A stretch of DNA of 64,000 nt from Eledone cirrhosa (GCA_964016885.1 OZ024740.1:309318001-309382000); one strand, 5' to 3'; counted from the stretch's first letter, positions 25,822-40,321 are shown. Numbers and translations are program-made. Notes: generated from the sequence alone by a model not told the origin.

Positions 25822-25957
25822 GAACTCATTGCGGCTTGCTATTCGAAAACTGACTTATGCTCCTGAAGAACCAGCACCACAACCTAGTGCTGAAAATACC
25901 AAAGAGTTTATGATGAGTCCAGGAAATATGAAGCTGGAAGCCTCTCTTGATAAAGAA
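25822..25957 (+). CDS. ARRB: Beta-arrestin coding exon D
   Basis: ttAG acceptor; (R)NSLRLAIRKLTYAPEEPAPQPSAENTKEFMMSPGNMKLEASLDKE; GTAATA donor. 136 bp, phase 2/0. Confidence 0.96.
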
Positions 25958-27418
25958 GTAATATTTTCATTTCTTCAATATTTATCTTGACAAATATGCA
26001 GTCCAATAGTGATTTCCTGTGTAGTTTAATTGATAAAAAGTTAAACACCATAACATTAAAAAAATAGGTTAAACCAACTCATACTTCGTGTGTGATACTA
26101 TTAAATTAAAAAAAATGTTATGAATCACAGATATATTTACATCATTCAGATATTTCTTTCAATGAAAGGAGATTATTTTTATAAATATATGGAGGCACAT
26201 GGCTTAGTGGTTAGACCATTGGGCTTGCAATCGAAAGGTTGTGAGTTCAATTCTCAGACCGGGTGATGTGTTTTTTCCTTGAGCAAGACACTTTATTTCA
26301 CATTGTTCCAGTTTACTCAGCTGTAGAAATGAGATGATGGGACTGGAGCTCTATCATTCCACTGCAAAGTGGTAGTGGAGGTGCCCTGGCAAAAAAGCAC
26401 CCAACCCACACTGTAAAGTGGACGTGTTGGCGCCATGGAAAAAAGCACCCAGCACTCACTGTAAATGAGGTTGGTGTTAGGAAGGGCATCCAGCTGTAGA
26501 AATCAAGCCAGAACCAGTTCCCGTCCCACCCTTGCAAGCAGGGAAAAGCGGACGTAAAATGAAATGATGATGATGAAAGAGATAGCTAATAACTATTAGG
26601 AATCTTCATCATCATTATCACCATTTCATGTTGATGGATTACTTGGAATATCACTGTCTCAGTTGTTTCTTACTCAGAGTTATTGCCTTCTAGACATATC
26701 AGACTCACTCATATGTTCCATTTTTAGCATGGTTTCTACTGCTGGATGCTCTACCTCAATCACACCATCGATTATACAGAATGTACAAGGTGCATTTCAT
26801 TCTGACTCTATCTTGTCCTTTTTTTTTTTAGTAGATAGAACATGATCAGAATAAAGAGACACAGAAGAGCAAGAATAGTCATTGAGAATGTCACAGGCTG
26901 TGTGACAAAAGAGCTATGACAATTAACAATTACACAACCAACCAGTTATTAAACTAACAAATGAATATATTAGTTATCCAACTAATAATAAACTGAAGTT
27001 AAACATAACTGGTGTGTGTTTTTATTGGTAGCAGAATCCTCCCCAAAATAGCAATATATATATATAGTAATTTTGAACACAATTTCATATCAAGTATCTT
27101 GCAAAACTAATACAAAAACAAAGAGCATAATGTAATCTCATGCTATAAATGTTAGACTACATTATAAGATTACATAATTTGTTATAATGAGAAAAAAATC
27201 TGAAAGAAATGTTCTTTTTTATGTTTATTTTGTTACATATATATATTGTATGTATATATATGTATATATATATATATATGTGTGTATATATATGTATATA
27301 TATATATTTATATATATATATGTATCATTGTGTACATATATATATATTGTGAATATATATATATATATTATATATATATGAATGTGTGTGTGTATATGAA
27401 TGTGTGTGTGTATATGAA

Positions 27419-27474
<56 letters not shown>

Positions 27475-27753
27475 GGGAACAAAGAATCAGTGTTGCATCA
27501 TATACATAATAATCATTGCTGTATAACATCCGATAGCAATAATAATTTCTGATACCATCTCAAAGGAAGATAAGAAAAAACAATCACACGACGCATTCCC
27601 TTGGTTGCAACAGAGAACTAAATATACTCTTCTAGTCAATATATATATATATGGATAGATGTATGTATGGATATATGATTGTATGTATGTGTATGTTTGT
27701 GTTGATGTATCTATGCATGTATGTGTTATTTATGTATGCGTGTGTTTATGGAT

Positions 27754-27785
<32 letters not shown>

Positions 27786-28231
27786 TCATGTAAGTATGGA
27801 TGAGTGTATGTGTACATATATATGCATGTGTGGATGTGTACATATGTATGTATATGTGTGTATATGTATTGGCCAATGGTAACAGCATAAACCAGCCATT
27901 GAAATGTTATGTTCTTTCATTCGCTTATCCTGCCTTTTTGCTGTACAGAACCAGCAGACAATGGAGGATAGCAAGGGAGATGTGCTGAAAGATCCCTTCC
28001 AAATTGTGGGGTTCATTATTATTATGATTTTGGTGGAGCGTCGGACACTATGCTTTGTGGCATAGAATTATGTCCCTTTACGTTCTGAGTTTAAATCCTG
28101 CCGGGGTTAGCTTTGCCTTTCATCCTTACGGGGTCGATAAAATAAAGCACCAGTAATGTACTGGGGTTGATTTAATTAACTTTCTCTTCTCCCCCAATTT
28201 TTTTTTTGCTGGCCTTGAGCCTATAGTAGAA

Positions 28232-28284
<53 letters not shown>

Positions 28285-28555
28285 CAGAGGACGGTGAATT
28301 GGTAGTATCAGTAGAGTGTCAGACAACATGCTTTGTGGCATAGAGTTACATCCCTATACGTTCTATAATTCAAATCCCGCTGAGGTTAGCTTTGCCTTTC
28401 ATTCTTACAGGGTTAATAAAATGAAGTACCAGTAATGCACTGGGTTCAATTTAATTGACTTTCCCCTCCCCAAAAATTGTTTGCCTTGTGCCTAAATCAG
28501 AAACCATTATTATTATTATTTGACTTTTCAAATCTTTGTTATTGTTTATTTGCAG

Positions 28556-28640
28556 AAATACTACCATGGGGAAAGCTTATGTATTAATGTTTTGGTTGAC
28601 AACAATACTAACAAAAGTGTGAAAAAGATCAAAATCTCAG
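28556..28640 (+). CDS. ARRB: Beta-arrestin coding exon E
   Basis: tgcAG acceptor; KYYHGESLCINVLVDNNTNKSVKKIKIS(V); GTGAGT donor. 85 bp, phase 0/1. Confidence 0.96.
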
Positions 28641-28689
28641 GTGAGTCCATTTTGTATATGTGGTGTCAGCTATTATTTAATTCTTTATG

Positions 28690-28966
28690 CCCTGTCTCAA
28701 AAAAAGTTGCCTGCAGATGAATGAAACCGGCTGGGCACTGCATCTGTCATCAAGAAGAGATAGTATCACAACTTGTGCTCTGGAAACTGACGGTTAGACG
28801 AAGAAGCGTTGGAAGACAGGCTGTCTCATTCATTGATACCCTGCTGAGAGATGCCAACATTGATAACATTGATGAACTGAGAAATATCATGCTCGACCGG
28901 GGCAATTGGAGAAAGCGTGCTGAATCTTTGCGAGTGTAAACTCAGCCATAGTAGTAGTAGTAGTTT
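28690..28966 (+). mobile_element. LINE 3'-end fragment (RTE-like) just inside the intron after exon E
   Basis: AGHCICHQEEIVSQLVLW..RRSVGRQAVSFIDTLLRD..ELRNIMLDRGNWRK, followed by an (AGT)n tail. Confidence 0.7.
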
Positions 28967-29984
28967 ATGTCCTGTACCACATGAAACTGCATTTAGAAGA
29001 TGCCCTTGAAAAAAATAAAACAACAATGTGATTATTTCACATTAGAAATTAACATCTTTATTATAATACTACAAAGTTTCCCAACAAGCTGTTCACTGGT
29101 AACAATACTACAGCTATTTGAATTAACAAACCCCATGGAACCACATTTGGAAGACATTCTTGAAAAGTATAAAACAGAATTGTGACTTGATCACATAAAA
29201 AATTCAACTCTTTACTCTAACACTGCACATTTTCATAAAATTGGCTGATAGATGGAAAGTACCTATAGAATATCCAATCTCATGCCCTATAAACTATAAT
29301 ACTTAGAGCCCCTACATCTCTAAGTATTATAGTTTATCACTCACTAGGCTTAAACCTGCATTGAAGCAATTAATTTTATGCTAACATACACTCAAAATTT
29401 GTAATTCACTTAATGGTTCTTAAAAATATGTTTATTCTTTTAAATATCTAAATGCATGTATATGTATGTGTGTGTATATGTGTGTGTATATATATATATC
29501 ATCATCATCATCATCACCGTTTAATGTCCATTTTTCCACACTAGCATGGGTTATATGACTTGTCCAGGTGTGAACCAAACTAGAGCAGATGACCATATCT
29601 AGCTCACACTAGACTGATTTTGGCTTGGTTTCTATGGCTGAATGCTTTTCCTAATGCCAACCACATTTACAGTGTAGACCACTTGTTTTTTTTGTGACAC
29701 ACACTGACATAATATATATATATTTATATATATATATATAGGTATTTGTATATGTGTATATATATATATATATGTGTGTGTGTATGTATGTGTATATATG
29801 TATGTGTATATATATGTGTATATATGTATGTGTATATATTGTGTGTGTGAATGTGTTTATATGTATACATATGTGTATGTGTATATATATATATGGGTGT
29901 GTGTATGTATATATATATATACACACACACACATATACATACACATATTCATTTTCTTATTTTTTTTGTTTCTTTTTCATATAG

Positions 29985-30057
29985 TACGACAAGTTGCTGA
30001 TATTTGTCTTTTCTCTACTGCGCAATATAAGTGCACTGTTGCAGAATGGGAGAGCGA
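29985..30057 (+). CDS. ARRB: Beta-arrestin coding exon F
   Basis: atAG acceptor after a polypyrimidine tract; (V)RQVADICLFSTAQYKCTVAEWES(E); GTATGT donor. 73 bp, phase 1/2. Confidence 0.96.
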
Positions 30058-32077
30058 GTATGTTGATTATATTTTATATCTTATTTTTTTTTTGCCTTTA
30101 TAATTCATTTAGATTGATTGATTGTTATAAATATCATTCTCTTATCACATTGGAATGATATAAATATCAATATTTGTTCTCATCGTTGTAACTGATTATT
30201 ATCCATTAATAGTTGGCACCACTGAGACTGTTGATTAATTGTTCTACTATAATTATTGATTAACAACAGGCTCCAATGTTGATTAGCAACTGATCCCTAT
30301 GTTGTTAGCAACTGATCTCACTGGGGTTAGCAACTTATTACAGCTGCTTTACTGCTAATTCTATTCAACAATTTCCAAGTAGTCTCAGCAATGCTTGTAT
30401 TATTTAGTAAGGCAGTATCAGTATCAGCATTGGCAGTATCAGTAGAGTCAGACGCCATGCTTTGCAGCATAGAGTTATGCCCCTTTACAGTCTGAGTTCA
30501 AATCCCGCCAAGGTTAACTTTGTCTTTCCTCCTTACGGGGTTGATAAAATATAGTACCAGTAATGCACTGGGATAATTGCTGGCCTTGTGCCAAAAGTAG
30601 AAACAATTATTTAGTGAGACAGGATAAAATGATACAATAAACATTTGAGAGTCAATTTTTAAATGCAATTTTTCTTATTTTCTAAATAATTTTAAATACT
30701 TCCCATAAATAGTAATTTTTGTTTTTTCAAAATGGATTTCCTTGAAACTCTACCTTCAACTTAGTTGCTTCAGTCACAAACCCTGGTACTGCAGCCTGCA
30801 ATGCAGAGGACAGGAAACAAGCAAATACCGGGGCTTATCTGGTCACTTCCTCTTTGCACTGGTCGCCTTTGAGACCTCAGGCATTCTTTGACTTCATACT
30901 GCCAAGCTCCTCCGTAAAATCGGATCATCAGCTGCCTGTCTGAGGTGGAGTGGCTGTTGCAGTGGATGTCACTGGCCATTGTCCGTAGAAATGCTTTTGT
31001 AGTTTTGTCCGTGGGGTGCAGCCCAAACATCACCCTGCCCAGTCATAGACCCTATCACCCTCCCCCTTGTCCCTCCCATCCATAGCCTCATAGTACTTGC
31101 CTTTTCCCTTCTTTTCCTCTCATTTATGGCATTTATAACCCTTTCTCCTACTTTCCTACAGACAGATGTGCCGTTCTTTATCCCCCCCCCCCCCCACTAT
31201 CTGTTTGTTGCTTGGTTTCTTTTTTATCCTTTTTTTCTCTTTCTTTCATATTTCCATCAATGTTTGCAATGCTATTTATACAACTGTGAATTGATTTATT
31301 GTCTGTAATTCTATTATTATAAAATAAACTAGAAGTTATAGAAATGAAAAAAAAAATTAAAATATTCACAAATTAGTCCAATTTAGTGCCTTAACCCTTT
31401 CATTACCAACCTGCCTAAAACCACCTCTGCTTCTATGAAACAAAATCTGTTTACTATGTTACAAATACCATCTAAATAGTTTTAAGAAATTTAGTAAATA
31501 CCTCCTGATTCTACATTGATTAATTCATATTTTAACAGAAATATGTTAATGAATATGTTAATAAAAGAAGAATTGAAGTTACAATGCTGATTAAATCACA
31601 GCTTTCTGTTTGTATTGTTCTATTTAATAATGGAATATCTAACAAAATGTATTCCTTTGAATAAAGATGTGATGGTTTTTAAAATAATCAAATAAAATGG
31701 CAAACTGTTTTGAAAATATATGTTCAGTTGTTATAAAAAAGAATTGTTTTTTCTTCCTTATTATATAGACATAGCACTTTACAGATATAGGATTGGATAA
31801 AATGAGACCCTTGGGTAAAATAGTAATAGCTACAATAGTAATAGCTAAGACACAGACATAGTTTGTTGAAAATGGATCATCTTCCTTTTCTCATATATGT
31901 ATAATCCTGAGAATGTTAGGAAAGGAAAGGAGGAATATGTAACCTTTATGCTATGCCAAGGACATTAATAACATGGGAGATATGAAAAAGTTCAGACTGG
32001 TGACAAAAGCTGATTACAGTTGCAGTTTTTCTGTTTAGAACTTGTGTATTGGAATGTTTTCTACTAACCTATATGAA

Positions 32078-32706
32078 ATAATTGTTTCTACTTTTGGCAC
32101 AAGGCCAGCAATTACCCAGTACATTACTGGTACTTTATTTTATCGAACCTGTAAGGATGAAAAGCAAATTTAACCTTGACAGGATTTGAACTCAGATCAT
32201 AAAGGGCCATAACTCTATGCTGCAAACCATGGCGTCCGACCCTCTACCGATACTGCCAATCCACAGATCCTTATATGAAATAATGGTTTCTTATATAGGC
32301 ACAAGGCCAGTAATTTGAGGGGGAAGGGAAAGTCAATTAAATCGACCCCAGTGCGTGACTGGTATTTTATTTTATCGACCCCCATAAAGATAAAAGGCAA
32401 AGTTAACCTCGGCGGGATTTGAGCTCATATCTTAAAGAGCCGTAACTCTATGCTGCAAAGCATGGCGTCCAACCCTCTACTGATACTACCAATCCACGGA
32501 GCCTTATATGAAATAATTGTTACTACTTTTGGCACAAGGCCAGCAATTATTCCAGTGTATTACTGGTACTTTATTTTATCGACCCCGTAAGGATGAAAGG
32601 CAAAATTCACCTCGGCAGGATTTGAACTCAAATCATAAAGGGATGTAACACTATGCTTCAAAGCATGGAGTCTGACTCTCTACCGATACTGCCAATCCAC
32701 CGCCCT
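32078..32706 (-). mobile_element. Three tandem SINE family B copies
   Basis: Units at about 32078-32265, 32278-32500 and 32512-32706, head to tail. Confidence 0.85.
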
Positions 32707-33413
32707 GTTGAATTATACACTTCCAATACTCAGCTATGTTGGGGGAATCAAATTGTTCTGAGGAGAGATATGTGGGCCATAAAGACTGCTTAAATTATGA
32801 TTATGTTTTTCTCTTTTTCTTAATTTATTATTTCTGAGTTGCAAATATCAATATATCTCAAACAATATTTTACTATTTTCTTTATTGACTATTGGATTTG
32901 GCCATACCAGAATAAAATAAAGACCAACTATCTCGCTAATAAGTCCAGCTTCCTTATCTTTTGTCTCCTACTCAAACCTCATCAATCCTCTATTTCTCTC
33001 CCCTGCCATAGCCACACTAAACAGAATTTTTTTTTTCTGACTCCTTATATAAATAGTAAATAAAAATTGTATTTCATTGTTTCTGAGGAAGACGGAGTGA
33101 TTGATCTCAAATATCGGCACTAAAAATAGGTGGTGACGTAACCACTAACCAGTGTTTGATCATTCGATTTACCATGATCAATCAGCCCTCTGAAACAATC
33201 ATAAAGCAATGAAGTACTCTTAACAACCTACATCTGACTTTTGTTTTATTTTCATTGTTTAAAATACACACACTATTTCTTTATTGAATAACATTATAAT
33301 TTGTAACTAAAGAAATTCTGAATATTATCTTGAAAGTTTATCCATACCTAATTCATTATACTAATTTGTTTATTTTTCTTTATCCTGCTCTTTTTTTAAT
33401 GGGCATAAAACAG

Positions 33414-33560
33414 AGAAGGCTTTCCTATCCAACCTAGCCAAACAGGTTTCTGTAAGGTATATCATTTAACTCCATTGCTGGACAACAATCGAGACAAAAG
33501 GGGCCTGGCTCTTGATGGAAAACTCAAACATGAAGACACATGTCTTGCTTCATCTACCAT
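33414..33560 (+). CDS. ARRB: Beta-arrestin coding exon G
   Basis: acAG acceptor; [48 protein letters not shown](I); GTGAGT donor. Contains the gate/lariat loop motif [15 protein letters not shown]. 147 bp. Confidence 0.96.
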
Positions 33561-35931
33561 GTGAGTAATCGTTAATTCCAATGTTATATTTTCAATATTG
33601 ATGTTTTTCTTTGTTTTAAATTTACATTTAAATATTGGGATTATTAAAACTGCTCCCTTTTAAAAAATAAGATCATTATCAATTTAATTGTTTATACATT
33701 TACCAATGTGCATATATTCTAAAAGTTCTTTGTAATATTTGATTTGTTTTAAGTTGACACAGACATTATATTTAATGCAGAGAGGACTCTTCCGGTGTGT
33801 TAAAAGCATGATGACTTATTTAAAGTTACTACCATGATAAAACAACCCCAGTACACTCTGTAAAGTGGTTGGTGATAGGAAAGTCATACAGTCATAGAAA
33901 ACTTGCAAAGCAAAGGTTTGGGAGGACTCTTTAGTTGTGTCAAGGGCACAACAAACTCTCTAGTGCTGATGCCATGATAAAATGCACCCAGTACACTTTG
34001 TATATGTAAGTGAGGGACAACACCCTGCATGTCTGAGGAGTGAGTGCCCATCCAGCCCTTGCTTGCAGGGAAATCATCATCATTATTGTTTTTATGTCCA
34101 CTTTTCTATGCTGGCATGGGTTGGACATGATTTTTTCAGACATTGTGTTACAGCCAGAAGCCCTTACTATTACTTACCCTTTTAGTTACTTATTACAATA
34201 CACAATGATATGATGTCCCTATTCTAAAAACTGTGATACATAAGGACATTAAATGATGTTGGTAATGGTGGTGTTGGTGGTTGCGGTGAAAACATTAAGT
34301 TGGGGTCCCTATCATTCCACTGCAAAGTGGTCATGGAGGTGCCACGGCAAAAAAGCACCCAGCCCACACTGCAAATGTGGTTGGTGTTAGGAAGGGCATC
34401 TAGCTGTAGAAATCAAGCCAGAATCAGTTGCCGTCCCACCCTTGCAAGCAGGGAATAAGCGGACGTAAAATGAAATGATGATGAATGATACCTTTCACAA
34501 GGATATTAACAAATGAGTGAAGTGAAATAGCTTCAATAAAGTATCCAAACCACATTGAAAAGTGGGCTCAACAGAGGTTTGGCTCTGTCTTGTTCTACAG
34601 CAGTCAGCTAAATGTTCCTTAAAATATTGCAGTTCTAGGGTTTAGTTTTCTCTTTCATCACCATCATCATCATCATCATCATCACTGCTTAATGTCTGTT
34701 TTGCATGCTTGCAGGGGTTAAATGGACTGTCCTGTTCTCAGGTTATACTGATCAAGTGCCCACATCTTGTTTATACAATCCAATTTTGGCATAGTTTCTA
34801 CTCCTTTAGAGTATGGACTGTATGCATTTTATTGTGGCTTCAGCAGTGTCACCCTACAGAGTTGGTTGGATGCTTTTTATCATGGAACAAGCACTACCAC
34901 TTTACAGAGTGGGCTAGGTGCATTTTATCATGGCCCCAACACTACCACTTTACAAAGAGGGCATGGTTCATTTTATCATGACACTGGCACTACCAATTTA
35001 CAGAGTTGGTTGGATGTATTTTATTGAGGAGAAAATTAAAATCTGTATTCATATATACAGACTATTTTAAAACCAGCTAATTGTATTTGCTTTGGTGACT
35101 CATTATTCATTCTCTAAGTGTCTCTTCATTTCTTTCAGTACTCTATTTAAAAATTAATCTGGTTTATGTTCAATGAATTAGTTTTTCTTTATATACTAGA
35201 AACTTTCAAGCCAGAAAATTTGCAGTATTGGGACATCAGAAAAGATGTTTATTCCAGCTCTCTCTGTTCTGTGTTCTAATCCTGCTGAGGTCAACATTGC
35301 CTTTCATTCTTTCAGAGTGAACAAATAAAGTACTTGTCCTTGTCACTGGACTGCAGAATTCTTAGAGCACCAGACAAGAGATTTTGCAGTATCTGTTTTA
35401 GTTCAGTTTCTTAAAATTGAGTGTAAATATATTGATGAATGCAAAGTTAAAGTAATTCTTAGGTAAACTAATATAATTTTTGGAAACAGTGTTTTTATCT
35501 GTTTGGACATTTGCACAATATATATTAGAACTTTTGAAATACAATTACTTTTAAGGGGGAAATTGTTTGGGGTATTGCAGCTATGGAGATTGGGATAATA
35601 CATTTTTGTTGTCGAAAAGGTTTCTTAAATTAAAATGGTTAATGGGGATTGCAAATTTTTTTTCATGAATAGCTTACCTTAATCGAATTTCTATTCAAAT
35701 TATATGGTATCTATAAAAATGAAAAGTGTTTAAATTTATGTCTCTAGCAATGTTTGTATGTAGATTTAAGCTAAAGACTGGGTTATGCCATAAAATATTT
35801 ATTAGTTTATTTTGGGTTTATATGTATCATATATGTATTTACTTACACATGTATACCTGAATGTTTATTCCTTCTATTTCATATGTGAACCCTTTTCAAT
35901 TCAAATAATTTTCTGTTTCAATTTCTTGCAG

Positions 35932-36018
35932 TCTTGTAGAAAGCAATCCAAAAGAAAATTTAGGGATTGTTGTATCATACAAGGTGAAGGTAAAACTAAT
36001 TCTAGGATTTGCCTCCAG
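35932..36018 (+). CDS. ARRB: Beta-arrestin coding exon H
   Basis: tgcAG acceptor; LVESNPKENLGIVVSYKVKVKLILGFAS(S); GTAAAG donor. 87 bp, phase 2/2. Confidence 0.95.
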
Positions 36019-36763
36019 GTAAAGAATCTCCATATATTTTTTTTTAATTCTCAGTGTTATTTTTTAAGGAATAATGTATTCTAATTTCCTTTCAAAACTC
36101 TAGGTTGTAACTGTGCATGAAACTTTACAGTTGCTTGCCCTAAACTAACAGAAGTAGTGCAATTTGATCCACAGTAGTGCTGAAACAGTTGAAAATAACT
36201 TGTTCACTTTGCAAAGCCAAATCTAACAGTAGCCTAGATAGATCTCATCAGCCACTTCTTCATTCACCAGACATGCAAGCCAATCTTGGGTCTTGGTCAT
36301 CTTCAACAACAAAGGACAAGCATGTGTGTAGTAGTAGAATTATGGTGCATGTTTGTTATGGTGGTAAATGTTCATAAAATTGGGGATTACGACTTACTTT
36401 TAATATCTAGTTGGAATCCTTTAAATCTAATAAAACTCTGACATTAAACCTAATTCAGACATTACTAACTCTATATACATTTAGGTCTTCACTTAAATGT
36501 GAAAGTTTCACATGAATTTCCAAGAAATTCAGATTTCTGTATTATGTTTGATATTATATTATATTTTAACTGTTTAAGATAGAATAGGAATGTCTTAAGG
36601 CTGAGTCCTAGAGCTACAGTAATTAATTGTATCACACCTGTACTGAGATTCTTGGGAGTACTAAATTTGATAAGTATCAGCTATATATTTATGTACAATT
36701 TGATATGGTAGATCTCATTACTTACAAAGTTTGGCAGCATTGTATAAATGTCATTATTATTAG

Positions 36764-37423
36764 CAGGGTGGTGGATTGGCAGTATCGGTAGAGGGTCGGA
36801 CGCCGTGCTTTCCAGCATAGTTACGTCCCTTTACGATCTGAGTTCAAATCCTGCCGAGGTTGACTTTGCCTTTCATCCTTACGGGGTCGATAAAATAAAG
36901 TACCAGTAATGCACTGGGTAATTGCTGGCCTTGTGCCTAAAGTAGACACAATTATTATTAGCAGGATGAGGGAGGTGGATTTGCAGAATCGGTAGAGCGT
37001 TGGGCAACATGCTTAGTGGCATAGAGTTATGGCCCTTTATGATCTGAGTTCAAATCCCGCCGAGGTTAGCTTTGCCTTTCATGCTTACGGGATCGATAAA
37101 ATAAAGCACCAGTAATGCACTGGGGTCGATTTAATTAACTTTCCCCTCCCCCAAAATTGCTGGCCTTGTGCCTATAGTAGAAATCATTATTGTTAGCAGG
37201 ATGAGCGTGATGAATTGGCAGTCATTTTACATCTGACAAAGGCTTTCTTTGCAGTATTGTTCTGGCTCTTTGCATTCTGAGTTCAAATCCTACTGAGTCA
37301 ACTTTGCCTTTCACCTTTCCAGAGGTCGATAAAATGAAGTCCCAATAAAATGCAAGGGTCAATTTAATCTTGACTTCCTCCACTCGAGTTGCAGGCCTTT
37401 TGCCTAAATTGGAAACCATTATT
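36764..37423 (+). mobile_element. Three tandem SINE family B copies
   Basis: Units at about 36764-36958, 36974-37190 and 37205-37423. TTAGCAGGATGAG recurs at the junctions. Confidence 0.85.
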
Positions 37424-38294
37424 ATTAGCTGGATAATGAATTTGGTGCTATGATGGTTTATAGAAATTATTCTGACTTTTTCTGATTTTCAATATATGTC
37501 AATCATAAGTTTACCTTTTATACTCTTGGGGCTGGTAAACCAATAACTGGTCATATATTTGTGGTAAATCCAATCAAATTATATTCATTTCTTAACAAAA
37601 TTCAAAATAAAATTGATATTAAAAAAAACAAAAAAACTTGGTGACTTACAAAATATTGGGAAATTTAAAATTGAAAATATAATTACCACAATTGTTGAAC
37701 TAATATTATCTATATCTATCAAGTAATATTGTTGATATTTTAAATTGATATTTTTTTTCTCTTTACCAAACTGAATTCACTTGATTAAGTTATTGTTGTT
37801 TTAGTAAATAGATTCTTATAGATTATAGACTAAATTTGCAATATTACCATAAACTGATATCTGAAGAATAAATTTGGTAGAATCCAGGACCACTTATATG
37901 CACCCAAGGAAATTTACACCACTTTCACTTCAATTGTGCAAATAAGTGTCATTCCACATGTATCTTATACATTGTCTATGATTATATTTCAGCTTTCCCT
38001 CCAGCACTACCATTGCACAGAGAGAGAGAGAGACAAAAATATATCTAACCTTTCAGAGAGATTAATTTGATTTTTTATTTCTTCGGAAATAATTGAATGA
38101 CTGTATCAGTTCTCAAGCCCTCACATAGGGTGGTGGGTTGGCAGAGTTTTAGAGAATCAGACAAATGCTTAACAGTATTTATTCTGGTTCTTTATGTTCT
38201 GTATTCAAATCCTGCTGAGGTTATCTTTGCCTTTATTTCATGGGTTAATAAAATAAAGTATCAGTCATGTACTGGGTTGGTATAATTTCTCCCC

Positions 38295-38326
<32 letters not shown>

Positions 38327-38415
38327 ATTGGTTTTGTGCCTAAAGTAGAAAGTAGAAATCATTGTTTTTATATAGCTTATCTTATTTGATTTCATTTCTT
38401 TTTTCAAATATCTAG

Positions 38416-38553
38416 CGACTTATCTGTTGAACTTCCTTTCACTCTAACACATCCAAAACCACAAGATACACCTCCATCTTCACGGCCAGCTAGTGTGGCC
38501 CAAGAAAACCCAGATGCTCCTATTGATACTAATCTTATCCAGCTTGATACAAA
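38416..38553 (+). CDS. ARRB: Beta-arrestin coding exon I (clathrin box)
   Basis: ctAG acceptor; [45 protein letters not shown](N); GTAAGT donor. LIQLD fits the clathrin-box consensus. 138 bp. Confidence 0.95.
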
Positions 38554-39168
38554 GTAAGTTCTACAACAATCAATACTTTACTGTGCAGTTAATATCACAA
38601 TATTTCAGTTTTACCATTTAACATAGTTAACCAGAATATAATTTGTTTTGGGACCATGCAAGGAAAAATATATTCAAACATTGAAATGAAAGGTTTTCTA
38701 TTCAATAATCTTAGTATAAGACACATTTTTTGATTAGTAAGGGAAACAGCTGTGTGCCCAGTCATCATCTTTAGTTAAAACAGCAACCAAAATAAAAATC
38801 CTGGAGACAGTTTAGTAAGTAGCTCAGCAGCATCTGTTTAAAACAGGTATTCATTCTAGTTTGGACAATGTTTGACCAGCATTCCATTCTGCCAGGCATT
38901 TCTATTTACTACTGTTATGTAGACCACTTCCTTCATGAATCATCAAAAATTTTACATTGTGATATTTGTCAAATTTGTTATTTGGTGGGGGCAAGGAAAG
39001 GAGCATAGGGTGATGGATTAGCCAAGTTGCTAGAGCATCAAAAAAATGCAAAGCAGTATTTGTTATGGCCTTTTATATTCTGAGTTCAAATCCTGCTGAG
39101 GTTAGCTTTACCTTTCACCTTATGGGGTCAATAAAATAAAGTACCAGCAACACACTGGGGTCAATATA

Positions 39169-39329
39169 CAGGTAAAATTCCGTTTTAATGAATACCAGTA
39201 TGACGAAATGTTTTTCAATCCCCAGCCACATGCTTGATGTGTTTCGGTTGATTTTGTTATAAAGAATTTTTTGTTACAACAAATTTTTTTTATATACCCT
39301 GTGAATTTCGTTATAACAGAATTTCACTG
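39169..39329. mobile_element. Tigger/pogo-like MITE nested in a SINE family B copy
   Basis: TA|CAGGTAAAATTCCGTTTTAATGAAT ... ATTTCGTTATAACAGAATTTCACTG|TA. SINE sequence resumes on both sides. Confidence 0.7.
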
Positions 39330-40321
39330 TAATTGATTGTCCTCTTTCCTTCAAATTGCTGGCCTTGTGCCAAATGTAGGAACAATGTTTTTGGTGTTTG
39401 GGGATGAGGATTAGCTTTAAATGATGAATATCACTTTTTCAGTGATTTTTTTGTGCAGATACCCACCAGAGTTAGGACCCACACATGTAGTCAGAGTTTA
39501 AAGAGTTAATAAACACTATAAAAATTTCAGCCAATATGGTTGTTCAGTTTGTTGGAATTAGCAACCATAATCTATTTTGTATCACATGCTATCATTTAAA
39601 AATTAACATTACATTGCATAATGTAGTCCCAGATAGACTAAATCTGAAAAAAAAATTGAGAGTATTGACATGTTTGGAATGCCTTTGTTAAGGACATACA
39701 TACCACTAGATAGCAATAGCTATAAAACTCTAGAGATGATTGCTTACCAAAGAAACATTTGTAGCTTATGAAGTTGTACTTTCTTGTTATAAAGTTATTT
39801 ATATGAGTATTTGTTTGTATGGTTCTATATTCACTATATGCACTACTACAGATTTACTTGGGGTTTGAAATTATGCTAAGAATATACAGCTAGGAAGTAA
39901 AAGAAGAACATTATTTGTCCCCAACCTGTCAAAATAAGCAGAAGTCTTCAATAATTAATGCAAACGAATATTTAGTGCAATCTTTGTACACATAAAACTA
40001 TGTTGATAATGAAGGAAAACACTGAACAGGATGTAATTATACAAATGATTAAAGACAATACATGTCGCAAATCTGTAAAAAAACAGGCAGTTTTGCTAAA
40101 GTATAAAAAGTTGTAATGAAAACACAGAGTTGTATAAAAAAACAAAAAAAAACAATGAGAGTAGAATAAGAGAAAATCTATTCTTTGAGAGCATCCTTTG
40201 CTATGTATGGTTAAATTTTGAACTTATAATCCAAAATATCCTGCATGATATATTCATTGGTATGTTTTGTAATGAGTAAGGTGAAGTCAAGGCAGAGCTG
40301 TTATAAGTTTTTTTGTTAACA

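Noticed and set aside
30770-31070. GC-richer segment with an 87-aa minus-strand ORF
   Set aside because: No recognisable protein motif. It may be a retroelement 5' region, but I cannot support a call.
33083-33125. CTGAGGAAG...CTCAAATATCGG as a hammerhead
   Set aside because: No intact GAAA box or convincing stems; at most a decayed relic.
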